From the human T2T-CHM13v2.0 reference genome, Homo sapiens: 64,000 nt of DNA. The stretch lies in NCBI RefSeq assembly GCF_009914755.1, contig NC_060926.1. One strand, written 5' to 3'. The translations under genes were made by a program, and so were the position numbers. This document shows, piece after piece, positions 1 through 16,055 of this stretch (within the stretch, counting starts at the first letter, position 1; the number at the start of each line of letters is the position of its first letter). The notes beneath the pieces were generated by a model, which saw only the letters and a list, made by a program, of their open reading frames with translations, had not been told where the DNA came from and did no database searches.

Positions 1-799
1 AGCAAAAATACAAAATATATCAGACATTATTAGAAATCGAACTATATTCCTTAGTGCCTGAGGATGGGTACCAATAGTTTCTACTCTCTCTAAGGGAAGT
101 TAATCCATCTTGCTAATCTACAATATCTGAAACCAAACCACTATATCAGGAAGCATGATGGCAGTAGTCATTAAGGGGAATGTCTCAAGTGAGCTTTAAT
201 TGTTCCTTCTGACAATTATCAAACTCTTTTCCAAATGATTTTCTCTACCCTCTTCCTATTCAATAAGTTACAAACAGCTAACAATCACGTTTACAAAATT
301 TCCATTAATTCACTGTGAGTGCTAAAAACTGACTCCTTGAACTTGTAATTGCTTCCACAACGAAATTTCACCTCCTGCCACCAACCTCCAATCATCATAA
401 CTGTACAGACTATTGGCTTTCTACCAGTTTAGAGTTATTTGATTTCTTTTCCAAAATGTAATATGCTTATTTGTAAATGTTAAACAGTTCAGAGATCTGC
501 CATGTGGATCTAGTAGTATTTTACATTTTTACTGGAGGATCAGGCAAATAGAAATAGGGAATGATAATGACCATAGAAAAACATATCACTTACTTTCCAG
601 TCCCAGACTTGGCACACACATATGCGTGTGCACACATATACAGATACAAATACACAAACCAATAATCTTGAGGAAAAGAAATAAAGAGTCTAGGAAGCTA
701 AGGTTGATAGGTGGCAAAGATGACAGACTTCACTACCACAGGGACAAAGCAAAACCCCATGTCAACTCTTTTAAAACTCTAAATAAATTATTTTATCTT

Positions 800-1060
800 A
801 TAATAAGAGGAATGGAGGGAGTTTCTAGGGTTGGTTAATTCAGCAATTTAATGATTTTACCTGAAATTGCGTTATGTTTGTGTTTCTGCTCTTCCATCCT
901 TAGTACAGAGATGCAACCCTCAGGCCTATGATTATAGCAGCCCAATTTTATATTCCCATGATAGTATGTGGAGACCAAAAAGGGGCTGTTATTCATGTTG
1001 CTTAATTAAATCCCTAAATTAAACATTAACAGGGGTAATGGGATTCTTGAGAAAATGAAC
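800..1060. mobile_element. Old MaLR LTR fragment (MLT1J/K-like)
   Basis: 'tttctagggttggttaattcagcaatttaatga...tttctgctcttccatccttag' resembles MLT1K-type LTR; highly diverged. Confidence 0.4.
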
Positions 1061-1942
1061 AGGTCACATGACCCCCAAAATTTTCTCATGCCCCTTTACT
1101 ACTCCTTCCTCCTTCCTTGACCATCTACAGACATCATTGATCTGATTTCTGTCACAATAGTTTGTAGTTTCTAAAGCTTTTATAAATGTAATCACATGGT
1201 TTGTGTGCTTTTCTACTTGGCTTTTTTTCCAAATGTTTTTGGAGATTCATCCATGTTGTTATGTATAACAATAATTCATTCCTTTTTATTCCTGAGTAGT
1301 TTCCTATTGTGATGATATGCCATATTTGTTTATCTTTTCACAAGTTGACATTTGAGTTGTTTCCTAATTTTTGTTAATACAAAGAAAGCTGACATAAATG
1401 TTTGTGTACAAAGTTTTGTGTGGACATATGCTTTCATTTCTCTTAGATAAATATGCTGGAGTGGAATGAATGGATCGTATCCTCAACATTTTTATCAAAT
1501 TACCAAAGCGTTTGTATTGTTTTCTGTTTTCATCACCAGCATCTGAGAGTTTCACTTACTTCACATCTTTACCAATAGTGGCAGGATCATTTTTTTTTTT
1601 AACTTTTAGCCATTTTCCTGGGTGTTTAGTAATACACTATGGTGTTAATTTGTACTTTCCTAATGACTAGTGATGTTGATCATGTTTTATGTTTATTTAT
1701 CATCTGTATCCTATCTTTTGTGATGTGTGTTCAAATTTTTCCCCATTTTTAAAAACTGGGTTGTTTGACTTTTTATTATTGAGTTGTATGTATTCTACTT
1801 ATGGTCTTCATATAAATTCTGAGTTAAATGTATGTTTTACAGATATTTTTCCCTGTCTGTGACCATTCTGTTGTCATAAAAGTATGCGTTTTGAAAAAGA
1901 GAAATTCTCCATTTTGTTGAAGTCCAATGTATTAAAATTTTT

Positions 1943-2032
1943 AGCTTCCAGAATTATGAGAAAATAAACTTCTGCTGTTTAAGCTACTTAGTGTCTGGTA
2001 CTTCGTTATGACATGCCTAGCAAACTAATACA
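1943..2032 (+). mobile_element. MLT1 LTR 3'-terminal fragment inside L1
   Basis: agcttccagaattatgagaaaataaacttctgctgtttaagc...gcaaactaataca is the typical MLT1 3' end. Confidence 0.7.
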
Positions 2033-2198
2033 ATATCCAATTGTTCCAGCACTGTTTGTTGAAAGGACTACCTTTGCCCCACTGAGTTGGCTTTGCTCCT
2101 TTGGGCAAAGTCGGTTGACCTTATATCCATAGGCCTGTGTCTCATCCTGTTCTATTGATGTCCTATCCTGTTCTATTGATGTATTTTGATTCTAGTTT

Positions 2199-2273
2199 TG
2201 ATGCAGGGCAGGCGAGCCACAAAGTGAGACTGTGAGGGTTCTTGGCTTTTCCCAGGAAAGAATTCATGGGCAA
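2199..2273 (-). mobile_element. ERV1 (MER4-group) LTR terminal fragment
   Basis: tgatgcagggcaggcgagcc...gagggttcttggcttttcccaggaaagaattca resembles MER4-group LTR end. Confidence 0.55.
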
Positions 2274-4254
2274 TTCTAATTTAAGAGCATAGTTTATCTC
2301 TTCTTTATGTAGGTCTTTAATTTCTCTCAGCAATATTTTGTCTTTTTCATTAAAGAAGTCTTGCACATCTTTTGTGAGAATTTTCCCAAATAGTATTATA
2401 TTTAATTGCAATTTCTGTTATAGTAATAAGGTTGTTTCTTCTATATAGATCTTATATACAACTTTGATAAATTCATAAATTAGCTTTAGGGCTTTTAATA
2501 GATTTTATGGTATCAACTACCTAGACAATCTCCTCATCTTTAAATAAAGATAGTTTTACTACTTTCAAATCTGTAGGCCTTTTATTTCTTTCACCTGCCA
2601 TAATGCAGTAGCTAAGACCTCCTGCTTGTTGAATACATAGTGACAGAACATCTTAGAGGGAAAGCATTTAGCTTTTCAGTATTAGACATGATACTTGCTA
2701 TAGTTTTTATTTTTGTGTTTTGTTTTTTTGTAGCTATACTTTATCAAATTGAGAAGATCTTAGTTTGTTATATGTCTTGAGAGAAGTTCAAATTTGTAAA
2801 AATTGTTTACTGCACATATTTAAATAGCCATATTTTTTATTCTTTTTTATTCTATTAATATGCTGAATTGTACTCAAAAGTTAAGCAAATCTTGTATATC
2901 TGGGAGAAAACCTGCTAGGTCAAAAAGTGTATAATCCTTTTAAAATACATTTTTGGATTTAATTCGCTAAACCTTTGTTAGAGATTTTTGCATTAGTGTG
3001 CATGACAGATTTTTATCTGTAGTTTGCTTTTCTTTCCAAGTCTTCCTTATTTTGTTTTGTTTAGGTATCATTATAATGCTGGCCTCATCGAGTACATTGA
3101 GAAGTGTTTCCTCCTCTTTGATTTTCTGCACGATTTTGTGTAAAATTAGTGTTGTTCCCATTTAAATGTTTGGTATAATTCAGTAAAAACATAGAGGCCT
3201 AAATGTTTCTTTGTGGGAAGCACTTTAACTATAATACAATTACAATTTCTTTAGTAGCTACAGGGCTACTCAGGGTATCTAATTCTTCTTAGGTGAGATT
3301 TGCGAGTTTGTGTCTTGCAGTGAATCTGGTCATTTCATTCAAATGGACATATTATTCTTTTAATATGTGCAGAAGCTATAATGATAACACCTCTCTCACT
3401 CCTGAGATTGTTAACTTGTATGTTATCTTTTTTTGCTGTTTAGTTAGGCTAGAAATTTATTAATTTTATTGATCTCAAGAAAATGCTTTTGCTTTCAGTG
3501 ATTTTTCTCTATTTTCTGTTTTCTAATTTATTGGTGTCCATTCCAATCTTTATTATTTCAGATATTCTCTTTACTCTGAGTTTAATTTGTTCCTCTTTAT
3601 AAAATTTTGTTAAGTGAAAACTAAGTTCATCATTTGAGATCTTTCTTTTCTTATATAGATATGTGGGGTTGTAAACTTCCTTCTAAATCTACTATAATAG
3701 CATCCCATAAACTTCGATATGTTGTTTTATTTTTAGTTAATTCAAAATAATTTCTGATTTCCAGTTTGATTTCTTTTTGACCCTTTAGTTTTTAAGAAGT
3801 ATGTTACTTAATTCCTACACGTTTGGGATTATCTATATATATTTATAATATTGATTTGGATGTTACATCTGTTGTGGTCATAAAAAATACTTTGCGTGAT
3901 TTGAATGCTATTAAACTTTTGAGATTTGCTTTATGGATCAAGATATGACCTATATTGGCAGCTGTATCAGGTGCTCTTAAAAATAATCTGTATCTGGATA
4001 TGGTTTTATGGAGAGTTCCATAAATGTCAATTAGGTCAAATTATTAATAGTGTTACTCAATTCTTCTACATCCTTATGTCTACTTGTTCTGTTGCTTATT
4101 GATAGAGGAATATTGTGATCTCTGAACAAAATTTTGAATGTGACTATTTCTCTTTGAATTTCTATCAGACTTTTCTTTATGAATTTTATAACAGTTTTAT
4201 TAACATTATTATGTTCATATGTATATTATTATAGTCACATAAAATTTCATATAC

Positions 4255-4460
4255 ATAAAATTTATTTTTAAGTGTATAATTCAGTCATGTTAATATACAT
4301 TTAATATTTATATATTAAATATATATTAAATACTTCACTCACTACAAAAAGAAAACCTATACCAATTAGCAATCACTACTAATTCCTCCTTTCCTGCAGG
4401 TCCTAATTTACTGTCTCTCTCTGGGATTTGCCCATTCTGGACATGTGATCTGAAGATAAT
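4255..4460 (-). mobile_element. L1M (L1MB-like) 3' end fragment
   Basis: aagtgtataattcagt...aaaaagaaaacctataccaattagc...gatttgcccattctggacat. Confidence 0.55.
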
Positions 4461-5679
4461 CAAACACTATGTCGTTATTTCAAAGGTGGAAGGATAAATT
4501 CAGCACTTTCAGTCTATCTTGGCTAGAAATGAAAGTATAAAAGTTGGATTGGCAATTTAATATATTTAATAAAACCAGAAGCTTCTAGATTTATAAAACC
4601 CATGCTATAATCTGTCTAAGCACATACAACACAATCACACAACATGTTTGGTTGCAAAAATTACAACTTTAAAAATATTTTCAAACTTCCTATAAATTTG
4701 ACCACAGAACGTCATATTTACCATGAACAATGAATGAAATTCTTTATGTATTGGGCAACAAAACTATTGAATTAAAAAGTAAAAAATTGGTTTATGAAAA
4801 CTCAACCTTAAACAAACTACAATAGTACATTGAAAGCACACAGTTCCATTGTCCATTTGTTTTCAAATGTACTTAAAAGAACACATTAAGCTTGCTCTTA
4901 GTTTTTGTTTATCAGCCAGATGTTTTGGCATCATGTAGCCAAAGCTGTAGGCTGACTAAAATTATGGGGGAAGATTTACTGTTCCATACTGGTGAATATA
5001 AGGACTCTTTTGCTTTAAAATCATCTGTCAAAGGAAATTGTGGAAAAGAATGAACTGGCAAAAATATTTGCCAAAATTACATCAGAAAAAATGTTGGTAC
5101 TTTGTGGAAGAGAATATATAAATAAGTACATCAATGAGAAAAATATTTAACTTCATTATTGAAAATGCAAATTAAGACTACCAATAAAATATTTTTATAT
5201 TTTTGTTAGTTTATATTTAATCTATTATCCATATCTTTTATTTTGTTTTCATTCTATTTCTCTGTTGTAAATGTTTACGCAACTTTTATTTAGTTATTTT
5301 AAGTAATAAGAACCAATACTTTTTCCCTGTGAAAATTATGTACAGAATTTAAAACTAAGTTCAGAATTTGTCATTTTGAAATACAGATATGAAGTCTAAT
5401 TTGACATTTACTATATGTAATAAAAAAGAAAATAAGAATAAAAAGCATAAAGAACAAGAACATCCTCTTGAAATCTGGACTAAAAATATTCTATAGGTGT
5501 CTTAATTGTGTTTATAGATAATTATGCAATATATTAATGAAAAAAGCTGTCTTTTTTCTAAATCATTTTCTAGTCAATGTTTCATTTCAAATGCACAAAA
5601 TAAAAGTACAGATCTAAATTCTCCCAAAAATATTTTAATTACTTTATCCTCTAAACAAAATATTTTAAAAATAATTTAC

Positions 5680-7153
<1,474 letters not shown>

Positions 7154-7159
7154 TGATTG

Positions 7160-8210
7160 AGATTACACATCTACTAGAATGGCTAAAATTTTAAAATAAT
7201 GCAAATACCAAGTCCTGATGAGGATGTGAGAATAACTGGAACGCTAATGAATTGCAGATGAGAACCCAAAATGACACAGCCACATTGTAAAACAATTCGG
7301 CAATTTCTCATAATATTATATGTACACTTACCAAATGATGCAGCAATCTTACTCGTAGGTAATTGATATGGTTTGGCTGTGTCCTCACCTAAATCTCATC
7401 CTGAATTCCCACATGTTGTGGGAGAGACCCAGTGGGAGGTAATTGAATCATGGGGGCAGGTTTTTTCCTGTGCTGTTCTCGTGATAGTAAATAAGTCTCA
7501 TGAGATCTGATGGTTTTAAAAAGAGAAGTTCCTCTGCACAAGTTCTCTCTTTTTGCCTACCAACATCCATGCAAGATATGACTTTATCCTCCTTGCCTTT
7601 CATGATGATTGTGAGGCTTCCCCAGCCACATGGAACTGTGAGTCCTGTTAAACCTCTTTCAATTGTAAATTGCCCAGTCTTGGGTATGTCTTTATCAGCA
7701 GCATGAAAATGGGCTAATACAGTAATTATAATTAAAGACTTGTATGCAAATGTTTATGGAAATTAATCACCCAAAACTAGAAAGAATCCAAATGTCCCTC
7801 AGCTGGTGAATAGGTAAATAATTGGTGTACCCAATTTGGGGAATAGTACTTACCAATACAAAGGAATCAACTATGATGCATGCAACAGCATCAATGAATC
7901 TCAAAAGCCTATGCTAATGGAAAGAAGCTAGACACAGAGGATTACATATTGAAGGGCTTCATTTATACGACAGTCTAGAAAGGGCAAAACTATAGAGAAC
8001 ACAAATACAAAGCCAAATGGCTGGCGTGGGGAGAGAGAATTGATTGCAAAGGGGCAGAAGGGAACTTTCTTAGTTGATGAAAATGATTTATATACTGATC
8101 GTTGTGGTGGTTACACAATTATATATATTAGCCAAAGCTTTCCAAATTACATACTTCAAAAGGGTGAATTTTATTGCATGAGAGTTATACCTCCATAAGC
8201 CTGACACAAT
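7160..8210 (+). mobile_element. L1ME/MD-like 3' fragment, split by THE1
   Basis: tagaatggctaaaatt, aaaactagaaagaatccaaatgtcc, gggtgaattttattgcatg. Confidence 0.7.
7364..7721 (+). mobile_element. THE1C-like solo LTR (ERVL-MaLR)
   Basis: tgatatggtttggctgtgtc...gctaataca; 5-bp TSD GTAAT at 7359-7363 and 7722-7726. Confidence 0.93.
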
Positions 8211-11200
8211 AAAACAAAACACAACTATTTTTTTGAAAGACCAATCAGTTAGCATTATCTGCACAGTTACTCTAGATTTTGTTAGGCTGATAGTGACATA
8301 AATTGTCTAAGTTGCAGCTTCCTCTTTAACATAGGAGTGAAGAAGGGGCTGGTATGGGAAGCATAATGAGAAAACACCAACTCTTCTTTCCTTTTTTCTA
8401 CCAGTAGATACATATTCTTATATTTAAATACTTCTACATGTTTTATGTTATGTATAAGGAGATTTAACTAGTATCTTGTTTCTATATTAGGAATTTTAAT
8501 AAATCATTAAGCATATATTTACTACATATTTTCTATGAACCCCAGTTAATTTGTTTTAAAGAATATTCTATACAAGTTTTGAAATGGACTTTCAAAGTTC
8601 TCCTAAAGTATCCACTGTAGTTTTTTTGGCTTACATTTAATTTTAAAGTTGTTATATAATTTATTCTCAATGAAAAATGTTTTATATTTAGTTAGTAAGC
8701 CTTTTGAACACATTCACAAGTATATAAAAAATATGACCTTTGCAAAACAAACGATTGTCCTCAAAAGCTTTTGCCCAAATGGTATACTGCAGCCATAACA
8801 GCTGCCATTTAAACATCTTACAGAAAAAGGTCAAGCACTTACTGTAATTTATGTGGATGATGAGGGAAAGGAAACATAAAGTGCTTTTCTCTTCCTGAGT
8901 TGCCAACTTTTCCTTTTATAAAAGACTGAACAGAAATGATTTTTGTTCCATTTGTGTTTACGTTACAATTTACTATTATCTTTTTCTTTCTTTTTTTTAA
9001 GTCATAGTCTATAATCATTCACCAAGTAGTTCTCTGTGGATGCAAAATCCAGATGGCCTGGCAGATGGAGCCTTGGAAGATTGGTTGAAATGTCCCAGAC
9101 ACATCCATCACTTAAACACTCCATAGGAAATTTGAATAAAACTAAAGATCTGAAATTCTATGGGCTGTAGAGGGTAGTCAGCTGTAAAGTTCATGTGCAA
9201 ACACATGGTTGATTATGACTTCTTAAAGAACCCTTATTATATTGTGCTATTTCTGCATTACTTAATCATTTGACATTTAAAAAAATTCACCAAATCGTGA
9301 TTGAAAGAAAACTTAAGCCAGATTTCTGACTTATTTCATGCTTTTGTATCTTGTATGTAGAAACTGGATTTAGAAATGAGGAAAATTCTTGTAAATCAAT
9401 GTAAGGAGTCAGAGGTCTCTTTTCTTGGACAGAAATGATGAGCTACTTTCTTTTTCACATGGCCATGGTTAATCAGTACATCAGTTTACGGATTTTTTTT
9501 TTTTGTATTGTGTGTGAGGGCAGTTTTTCTCAAACATTCTTAAAAATGATGACCTAATCAGTCTCACCATTTACTAACTAGCGATTATGTACTCATGTTA
9601 AAAGACAAGCTATTGATACTATATTTTTACATAATAGATGCTTTACAGCTATTTGCTCATTCTCTTGCACTTATTATTTACATATGTGTTAAGATCCAGG
9701 ATGATAGTAGTGAATGTCTAAGGATTTCCGTGGTCCCATGAGATGTACCCACATAAATTTAGATTTAAATTTGAAACAAATGAACAAACAAGAAGTTTTT
9801 TTTTTTAAAAAAACAACCATCGATGACATTTTAGTGATTTTTCAAAAATACCCAACACTCAAATACCTATATTTTCAAATCCATGTAGTATTTCCTAGAA
9901 AAAATGAATGGTTAAAAAATGTGTAATATGAATGGAAAAGGGATTGCTTGAGAATATTTATACACAAACATCTGATGGCTTTATCTTTAAAAGATATTGA
10001 AGGTCATGGACAATTTGGCCCATACTTCATTTTCAAGATTTCTGGTTTTTATTCATGTACCAAACAATCCAGCTCAGTGCTTCTGAAATGTGGACTTGGT
10101 GGTGGTAGGAAGAAATGTTTAGGCAGCTCATCGAATTGCAGAGGGATTTCAGGAGGGAATGCTTAGTTTTAAGCAGCCAGACTAGCAAGAAACAGTGTTT
10201 GACCTGGAACGTAATTTCAAATGCAGTCCTTTAGCTTACACAAAACAAAGAAGTGAATTAGAAGAATTAGAGAAGGGCATGACCTTGAGCACCACCGGAG
10301 CCCAGGATGAGGAAGCCTTCTTGGAATCATTCCATTCCATCAAGATGAAGGGTCAAAATTTTATTGCGTTTATTTATTAAGTGATTTTCTATTCATGTTG
10401 AGAGATACTGTTACCCAATTCATTTTAGTGACACAGTGTCTCCTTTTAAATATTTTTAAAATTAAGTAGCAATATAGAATATATTTCATAAATGTGAGCA
10501 CAGGTAGTAACAGATAAGGCAGAAATGTGGAAGTGGCATGATGAAAGTTTTGAGGTCACTGCTCTGATGAAATAAGGCTCCTCTCCCATCTCTGGACTCA
10601 CACTTTTCCATCTCTGTGTGCCACTTCTTCCTAGTTCCTGTGGATGAAACAGTTGGGCTTCTCCACTTAGTGAACTTCCGGTCCATTTTGAAATGTCCCT
10701 AGAGTCCTTTCTAAAGACTTCAATTCAAATATCTCAGGAATCCTTTCTGAGGATCTTCTGAGATCCACATAGACTGGCTCAGTAACTTCTCTACTGGCAT
10801 ACACATCATTTTCCTCTTTCTTATCACTTAAGAGAAAGCTGAGCAATAAGAGTATAAAATAAATAAACCCCTCCCTCACAATATTACTAACTTGGTAAAA
10901 CTATTTTAATTTTTATATCTCTTTCTCCATGTATCTGAATCTGAATCCGACATGGATTATATTCAGTTAGAGACCTGTTTTAAGTCAGTCCTACAATATT
11001 GTGGCTTCCCATGGGCCATCGTTTGTTTATCTCTCTTCAGTGTCTACCATGGTACTTAATGCAGAACCACCTAACAAATTAATATTGCCCTGATCTAATT
11101 AGTAATGTATAAAACTAAAACTATCTCCATTTTAGAGACTGTTCTCATTTTTCTTGCTGTTTCTGTGACTTGCCCTTTTAAGCCTTTCCCTTTTGAAAAG

Positions 11201-12047
11201 AAAAAACCACCCACATGTACTTTTGGTCTCTGATATCTGGGGTCTGATTGAAGGTTGAGATATTATTAGCCTGAGTGGTAAAAAAAGAAATTGAATTTTA
11301 TGTCACACTTTTTTCCCCCAAGAAATTTAAATAATGCTTGATTATACTGATGCTTCATTGTTGAGAACTGCCATAAAACCGACTAGCATGATTGTAAGAA
11401 GAGAATTCACAGACATTAAAAAAATGACTGAGAAATTACGTGATGATTCCATGGAAGAAGCCAGAGGCCAGTTACTCTTGCTTTAAGGCTAACAGTGGTT
11501 TGAGAAAATGGAAGTCCTTCTCACTTATTTATCATGTACTTTATTCTGTATTAGAACTTACTTCTGTATTTGGAAGTATTTTGTGATAAAACAAGTTATG
11601 CTTTGTGGCAGATCAATGTAAAATAATTTTTAATCTTGCAATAGTAATCATATAAACATGATTTGGGCAATCATGATTATCTATGAGCTTGTATGAGCTT
11701 CTTCATTTGTAAAGAAAAGAAATAGAGGAATTTCATAGCTATTATAATAAGCATAAATTCTCTAATGTAGATGACTCTATAAATGACAAATTAAATGGCT
11801 AAGAATGTTATTTACAAATAGACATATGAATTGTGTATCTCTGTCATTAAAAATGACACACTAACGTTTTACTATTCTCAGGATGATTTGCTGCATGCAG
11901 TAACTTCAGTTTTCTATGTCAAGACTTATTGTGGTCACGAAATAGCTGTGATATGAAAATATGTGTTTGAGACGTAAATAATTAGTATGTGTATCTACTA
12001 GGTGAGAATGAATATGAAGCCTGAACTCTCTAAATCAGTTTCCTTAT

Positions 12048-12418
12048 TGATGTGGTTTGGCTCTATGTCCCCTCCCAAATCTCATCTTGAATTGTAATCC
12101 CCATAATCCTCTCCATGTTGAGGGAGGGACCAGGTGGGAAATGATTGGATCATGGGGATGTTTTCCCCCATGCTGATCTCCTGATTGTGAGTGAGTTCTC
12201 ACGAGCTCTGATGGTTTTATAAGGCAGTTTTCCTTACTCTTGCTTGCTCGCTCTCACCTGCTGCCATGTAAGACGTGCCTCTTCCCCTTCTGCCATGATT
12301 GTGAGTTTCCTGAGGCCTCCCTAGGCATGCAGAACTGTGAGTCAGTTAAACCTCTTTTATTTATAGATTACCCAGCCTTGGGTATGTATTTATAGTAGTG
12401 TGAAAACAGACTAATACA
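12048..12418 (+). mobile_element. THE1D-like solo LTR
   Basis: tgatgtggtttggctctatgtcc...gactaataca; 5-bp TSD CTTAT both sides. Confidence 0.92.
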
Positions 12419-12499
12419 CTTATCTTTAAATTTAGACAATAACAATTATTTCCTGAGCTGGTTTACACTTGTCACTCTAAAAGTGTCATCTCACACTTT

Positions 12500-12580
12500 T
12501 AGCACCTGGGCCACAACATCATAGCACCTGATCCACAACATGATGACCCACAACATCATAATACCTGTCCACTTGACATC
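12500..12580. repeat. Degenerate ~22-bp tandem repeat (about 3.5 copies)
   Basis: tagcacctgggccacaacatca / tagcacctgatccacaacatga / tgacccacaacatca / taatacctgtccac. Confidence 0.75.
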
Positions 12581-12591
12581 GACAGTTTGCA

Positions 12592-12713
12592 AGCCCCATC
12601 AAGAACTACTAAATCAGATCCTCTGGGTGTGAGGCCTTGCAAGCAGTCTGTGTTTAAAAGAAACAAAACTCTTCAGGTAACTTTGATGCACATTAAAGTT
12701 TGAGGACCACTGG
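12592..12713. mobile_element. MER5A fragment (hAT-Charlie)
   Basis: actactaaatcagatcctctggg...caggtaactttgatgcacattaaagtttgaggaccactg. Confidence 0.75.
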
Positions 12714-12794
12714 TGGTAGCTGGTTTGACACACCATTATATACTGCATTTCTACCTTATAGCTACAATAGATAAAAATAATCTCAAGAGATTGT

Positions 12795-13780
12795 ACAGTA
12801 TATATAGTATATATATACTAGTAATATAGTATATAGTGTAATGTACTATATATTCTATTATATATAGTATATTACTACATATATATATGTAGTATATATA
12901 TATATACACATACACACACATGCAGGAAATCATCCTGAAAATAGAAAAACTGTGTCATTTATATATAGTATATATATATACTATAAACTATATAAACTAT
13001 AGCTTATAGTATACATACTATATATGTAGTACATATATAGTATATATAATATAATACATATGTGTATATGTAGTATATACATATACATCTATGTAGTACA
13101 TATATAGTATATACCATATATTTATATATAGTATATATACTAGTAATATCATATATAGTATATGTACTAGTAATATAGGATATAGTCTCATGCACTATAT
13201 AGTGTATGTAGTATATAGTATTAGTATATACTATATAGATATGTAGAGAATATAATATATATAGTATGTAGTAGTATATAGTATAGTATATTGTAAAATA
13301 TACTAGTATATAGTATACAGTATAACACACATATAATAAGTATGTGTACATCTTTATTATATACATATGCATATATACATATGTATATACTAGGTATGCA
13401 TATATGTATATAATATGAATATACATATGTACATACATATTATATACATATATACATATGTAAATACATGTACATAATATTGGAGTGTACACTATATACT
13501 ACATGTATATACATATGTATACAGTATTGTAAATGTAATATGTGTATAGATGTAAATATACATGTATATAAAATTGTGTATATACATGTATATAAAATTA
13601 TAATATACACTATATAGTAATATAGTAAAATACACCATATACACTACATAGTAATATAGTGTAATAGTTTATAGTATACACTATATAGTGTGTATATATT
13701 ACTATACAGTGTAATATAGTATAACAGTTTATAATATACACTATATAGTGTGCATACTATATTACTATATAGTGTATACT
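12795..13780. repeat. ~1 kb interrupted TA-rich low-complexity tract
   Basis: (TA)n, TATAG and TATAC units, with a ~40-bp unique spacer at 12921-12958. Confidence 0.95.
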
Positions 13781-13984
13781 CAAATAGAGTCCTTCAGTGG
13801 TTATTTTTCCTTGTGAAGTTCTGAAACATATATAAGATAAGAAAGGTCAAATCAAAGTAAATCACTATATCTGATTATCCAGAGATTTTATTCTAAATAT
13901 CTGGAAGGAGCTAGCATAGACTACATGGAAGTTTATATTTTCCCACTCCTAAGAAAGCTCACGTAGCCTCAAACCAAGCAGTGT

Positions 13985-14120
13985 CCTTTACATGCCATGT
14001 GAATAATCAAACTGTCGACGTCATGGGGTTGCTATGAGAATTAAATAAGAAGATGCAAGTAAAGCATTTAGCCCAGAGCCCTAATGCCTGCCACATAGTG
14101 GTTGCTCCACAGTGTTAGGC
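13985..14120 (+). mobile_element. MIR fragment
   Basis: catggggttgctatgagaattaaataagaagatgcaagtaaagcatttagc. Confidence 0.7.
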
Positions 14121-14826
14121 ATTTACAGAGGAAGAGCCTGCTTACTCCAGCTTCTACACCACAGGTGGCCTAGGTCACCCAGACCTTCCCAGACTAGTAG
14201 CTGCAAGCTTCATGGCCACATGGTAGAGGAGAGGCCCTTCAAAAGTGGCCAGAAGACAAAAAACTTACATTACATGAAAGAATTCTAATCCTCTTACCTC
14301 TCATGCACAATGGTGAAAAAAGAGCTATTAATAGGAGAAGAAATGAAGAAGATGGGGTAAAAGAGAGAGAGAGGGAGAAAGAGATGGAGGTGGGGAAGAG
14401 AGAGAGAGAGACTCTGAAGGAGAAAACCGGCCTTGCTACATCATCAGTCCCATGGATGGAGGAACACTGTGAGCCACAACACACTAAGCTAATATTTTAG
14501 TTTAAAAAAAAGTGTTTCACATACAGAAAGTAGACAGAACTTCTCTTCAAATCAGGCCCTTCCGGTTCTTCCTCCTTTTCCTAGCTTTGATGTAAGAGGG
14601 GCTGGAGTGAGGGGAGGCCAACAGGAGGGGAAGTAAGGAGCACAAAGAAACCTCTAGCTGCCTGGAAGGCCACAGCACTGATGGTAATGCTCTCTTGAAG
14701 AGCTTAATAGGAGAGGCGGTCATTAACATAAGAAGCACAACCCAGTGACTGGGCTATCGTTATGGCAGAACATTAGAATTGCCAGCTTTCCGGGTGGGGT
14801 GTGATGAAGTGGTATTAGAAAAATCA

Positions 14827-15190
<364 letters not shown>

Positions 15191-15309
15191 CTAAACAATA
15201 TTCCAGCTCTCCCTGAGACCTTGCTGTGGCTGCTGAGTTGCTTTCTGATCTTTCTCCCATCATCCCCCTGTCTTTACATTAACCTCTCATTTACTGAGGC
15301 ATAAGCCAA

Positions 15310-15554
15310 AGCTGCTGTTCAAAAGTGGAATTTGTTCTTATTTGGGGAAGTTTCAGTTTTTCTCCTAAGGCCTTTCAGCTGATTAAAGCAGTCCCACCTG
15401 TATTATATAGGATAATCTTCCTTACACAAAGTAACAGATTATAGACTTTACTGACAACTGTAAAATGCCTTCACAGCAACACCTAGATTAATGTTTGACT
15501 GAATGATCAAAGACTATAGACTAGCAAAGTTGACACATAAAACTGACCATCACA
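15310..15554 (-). mobile_element. MLT2 (ERVL) LTR fragment
   Basis: Ends aagttgacacataaaactgaccatcaca, the reverse complement of the MLT2 5' terminus. Confidence 0.8.
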
Positions 15555-15910
15555 CCACCCGATACTTTTAAAGTTTTCTAGTTGCCCTGAAAATACAATG
15601 GCCAAAGCCTTATTATAGTGTCATGGAAATGATCTTCCCACCACAGCCAGTGCTTCCCTCTTGAGCATCTATCACAGCCAAAATTGAACTTCAACTCATG
15701 CATCTTGTTTGTGCTTCCTTTTCTTTATAGGAACTCCTTTTTCTTTTCCACTTGGAGTGTCTTTACCCTTCCCTATTCCCATTGTTTATCTCCTAGTGTC
15801 CTTTTAGATTTAAGTGTCACTTCTCAGGATGCCTTTGTGTGTACTGTGCCTCCAGGACTCCTACAAAACTTTGTGCTAGTCCCTATAATAGTGTTCATCC
15901 AATTGTATTT

Positions 15911-16055
<145 letters not shown>

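Larger units (their letters stand above)
1075..4200 (-). mobile_element. Old L1M element (3'UTR plus ORF2 remnant), fragmented
   Basis: L1 antisense motifs (gagattcatccatgttgtt, ttgttccagcactgtttgttgaaa); minus ORF 2967-3161 ILHKIVQKIKEEETLLNVLDEASIIMIPK matches L1 ORF2 [28 protein letters not shown]. Confidence 0.85.

Noticed and set aside
10667-10879. 70-aa minus-strand ORF with signal-peptide-like N-terminus
   Set aside because: Non-ATG start, overlaps L2-like sequence, no recognisable homology or exon structure.
13004-13492. 162-aa Y/I-rich ORF
   Set aside because: Translation of TA-rich low-complexity DNA.
14156-14172. CTCF-like ccacaggtggcc
   Set aside because: 5' half mismatches the core consensus at several positions.
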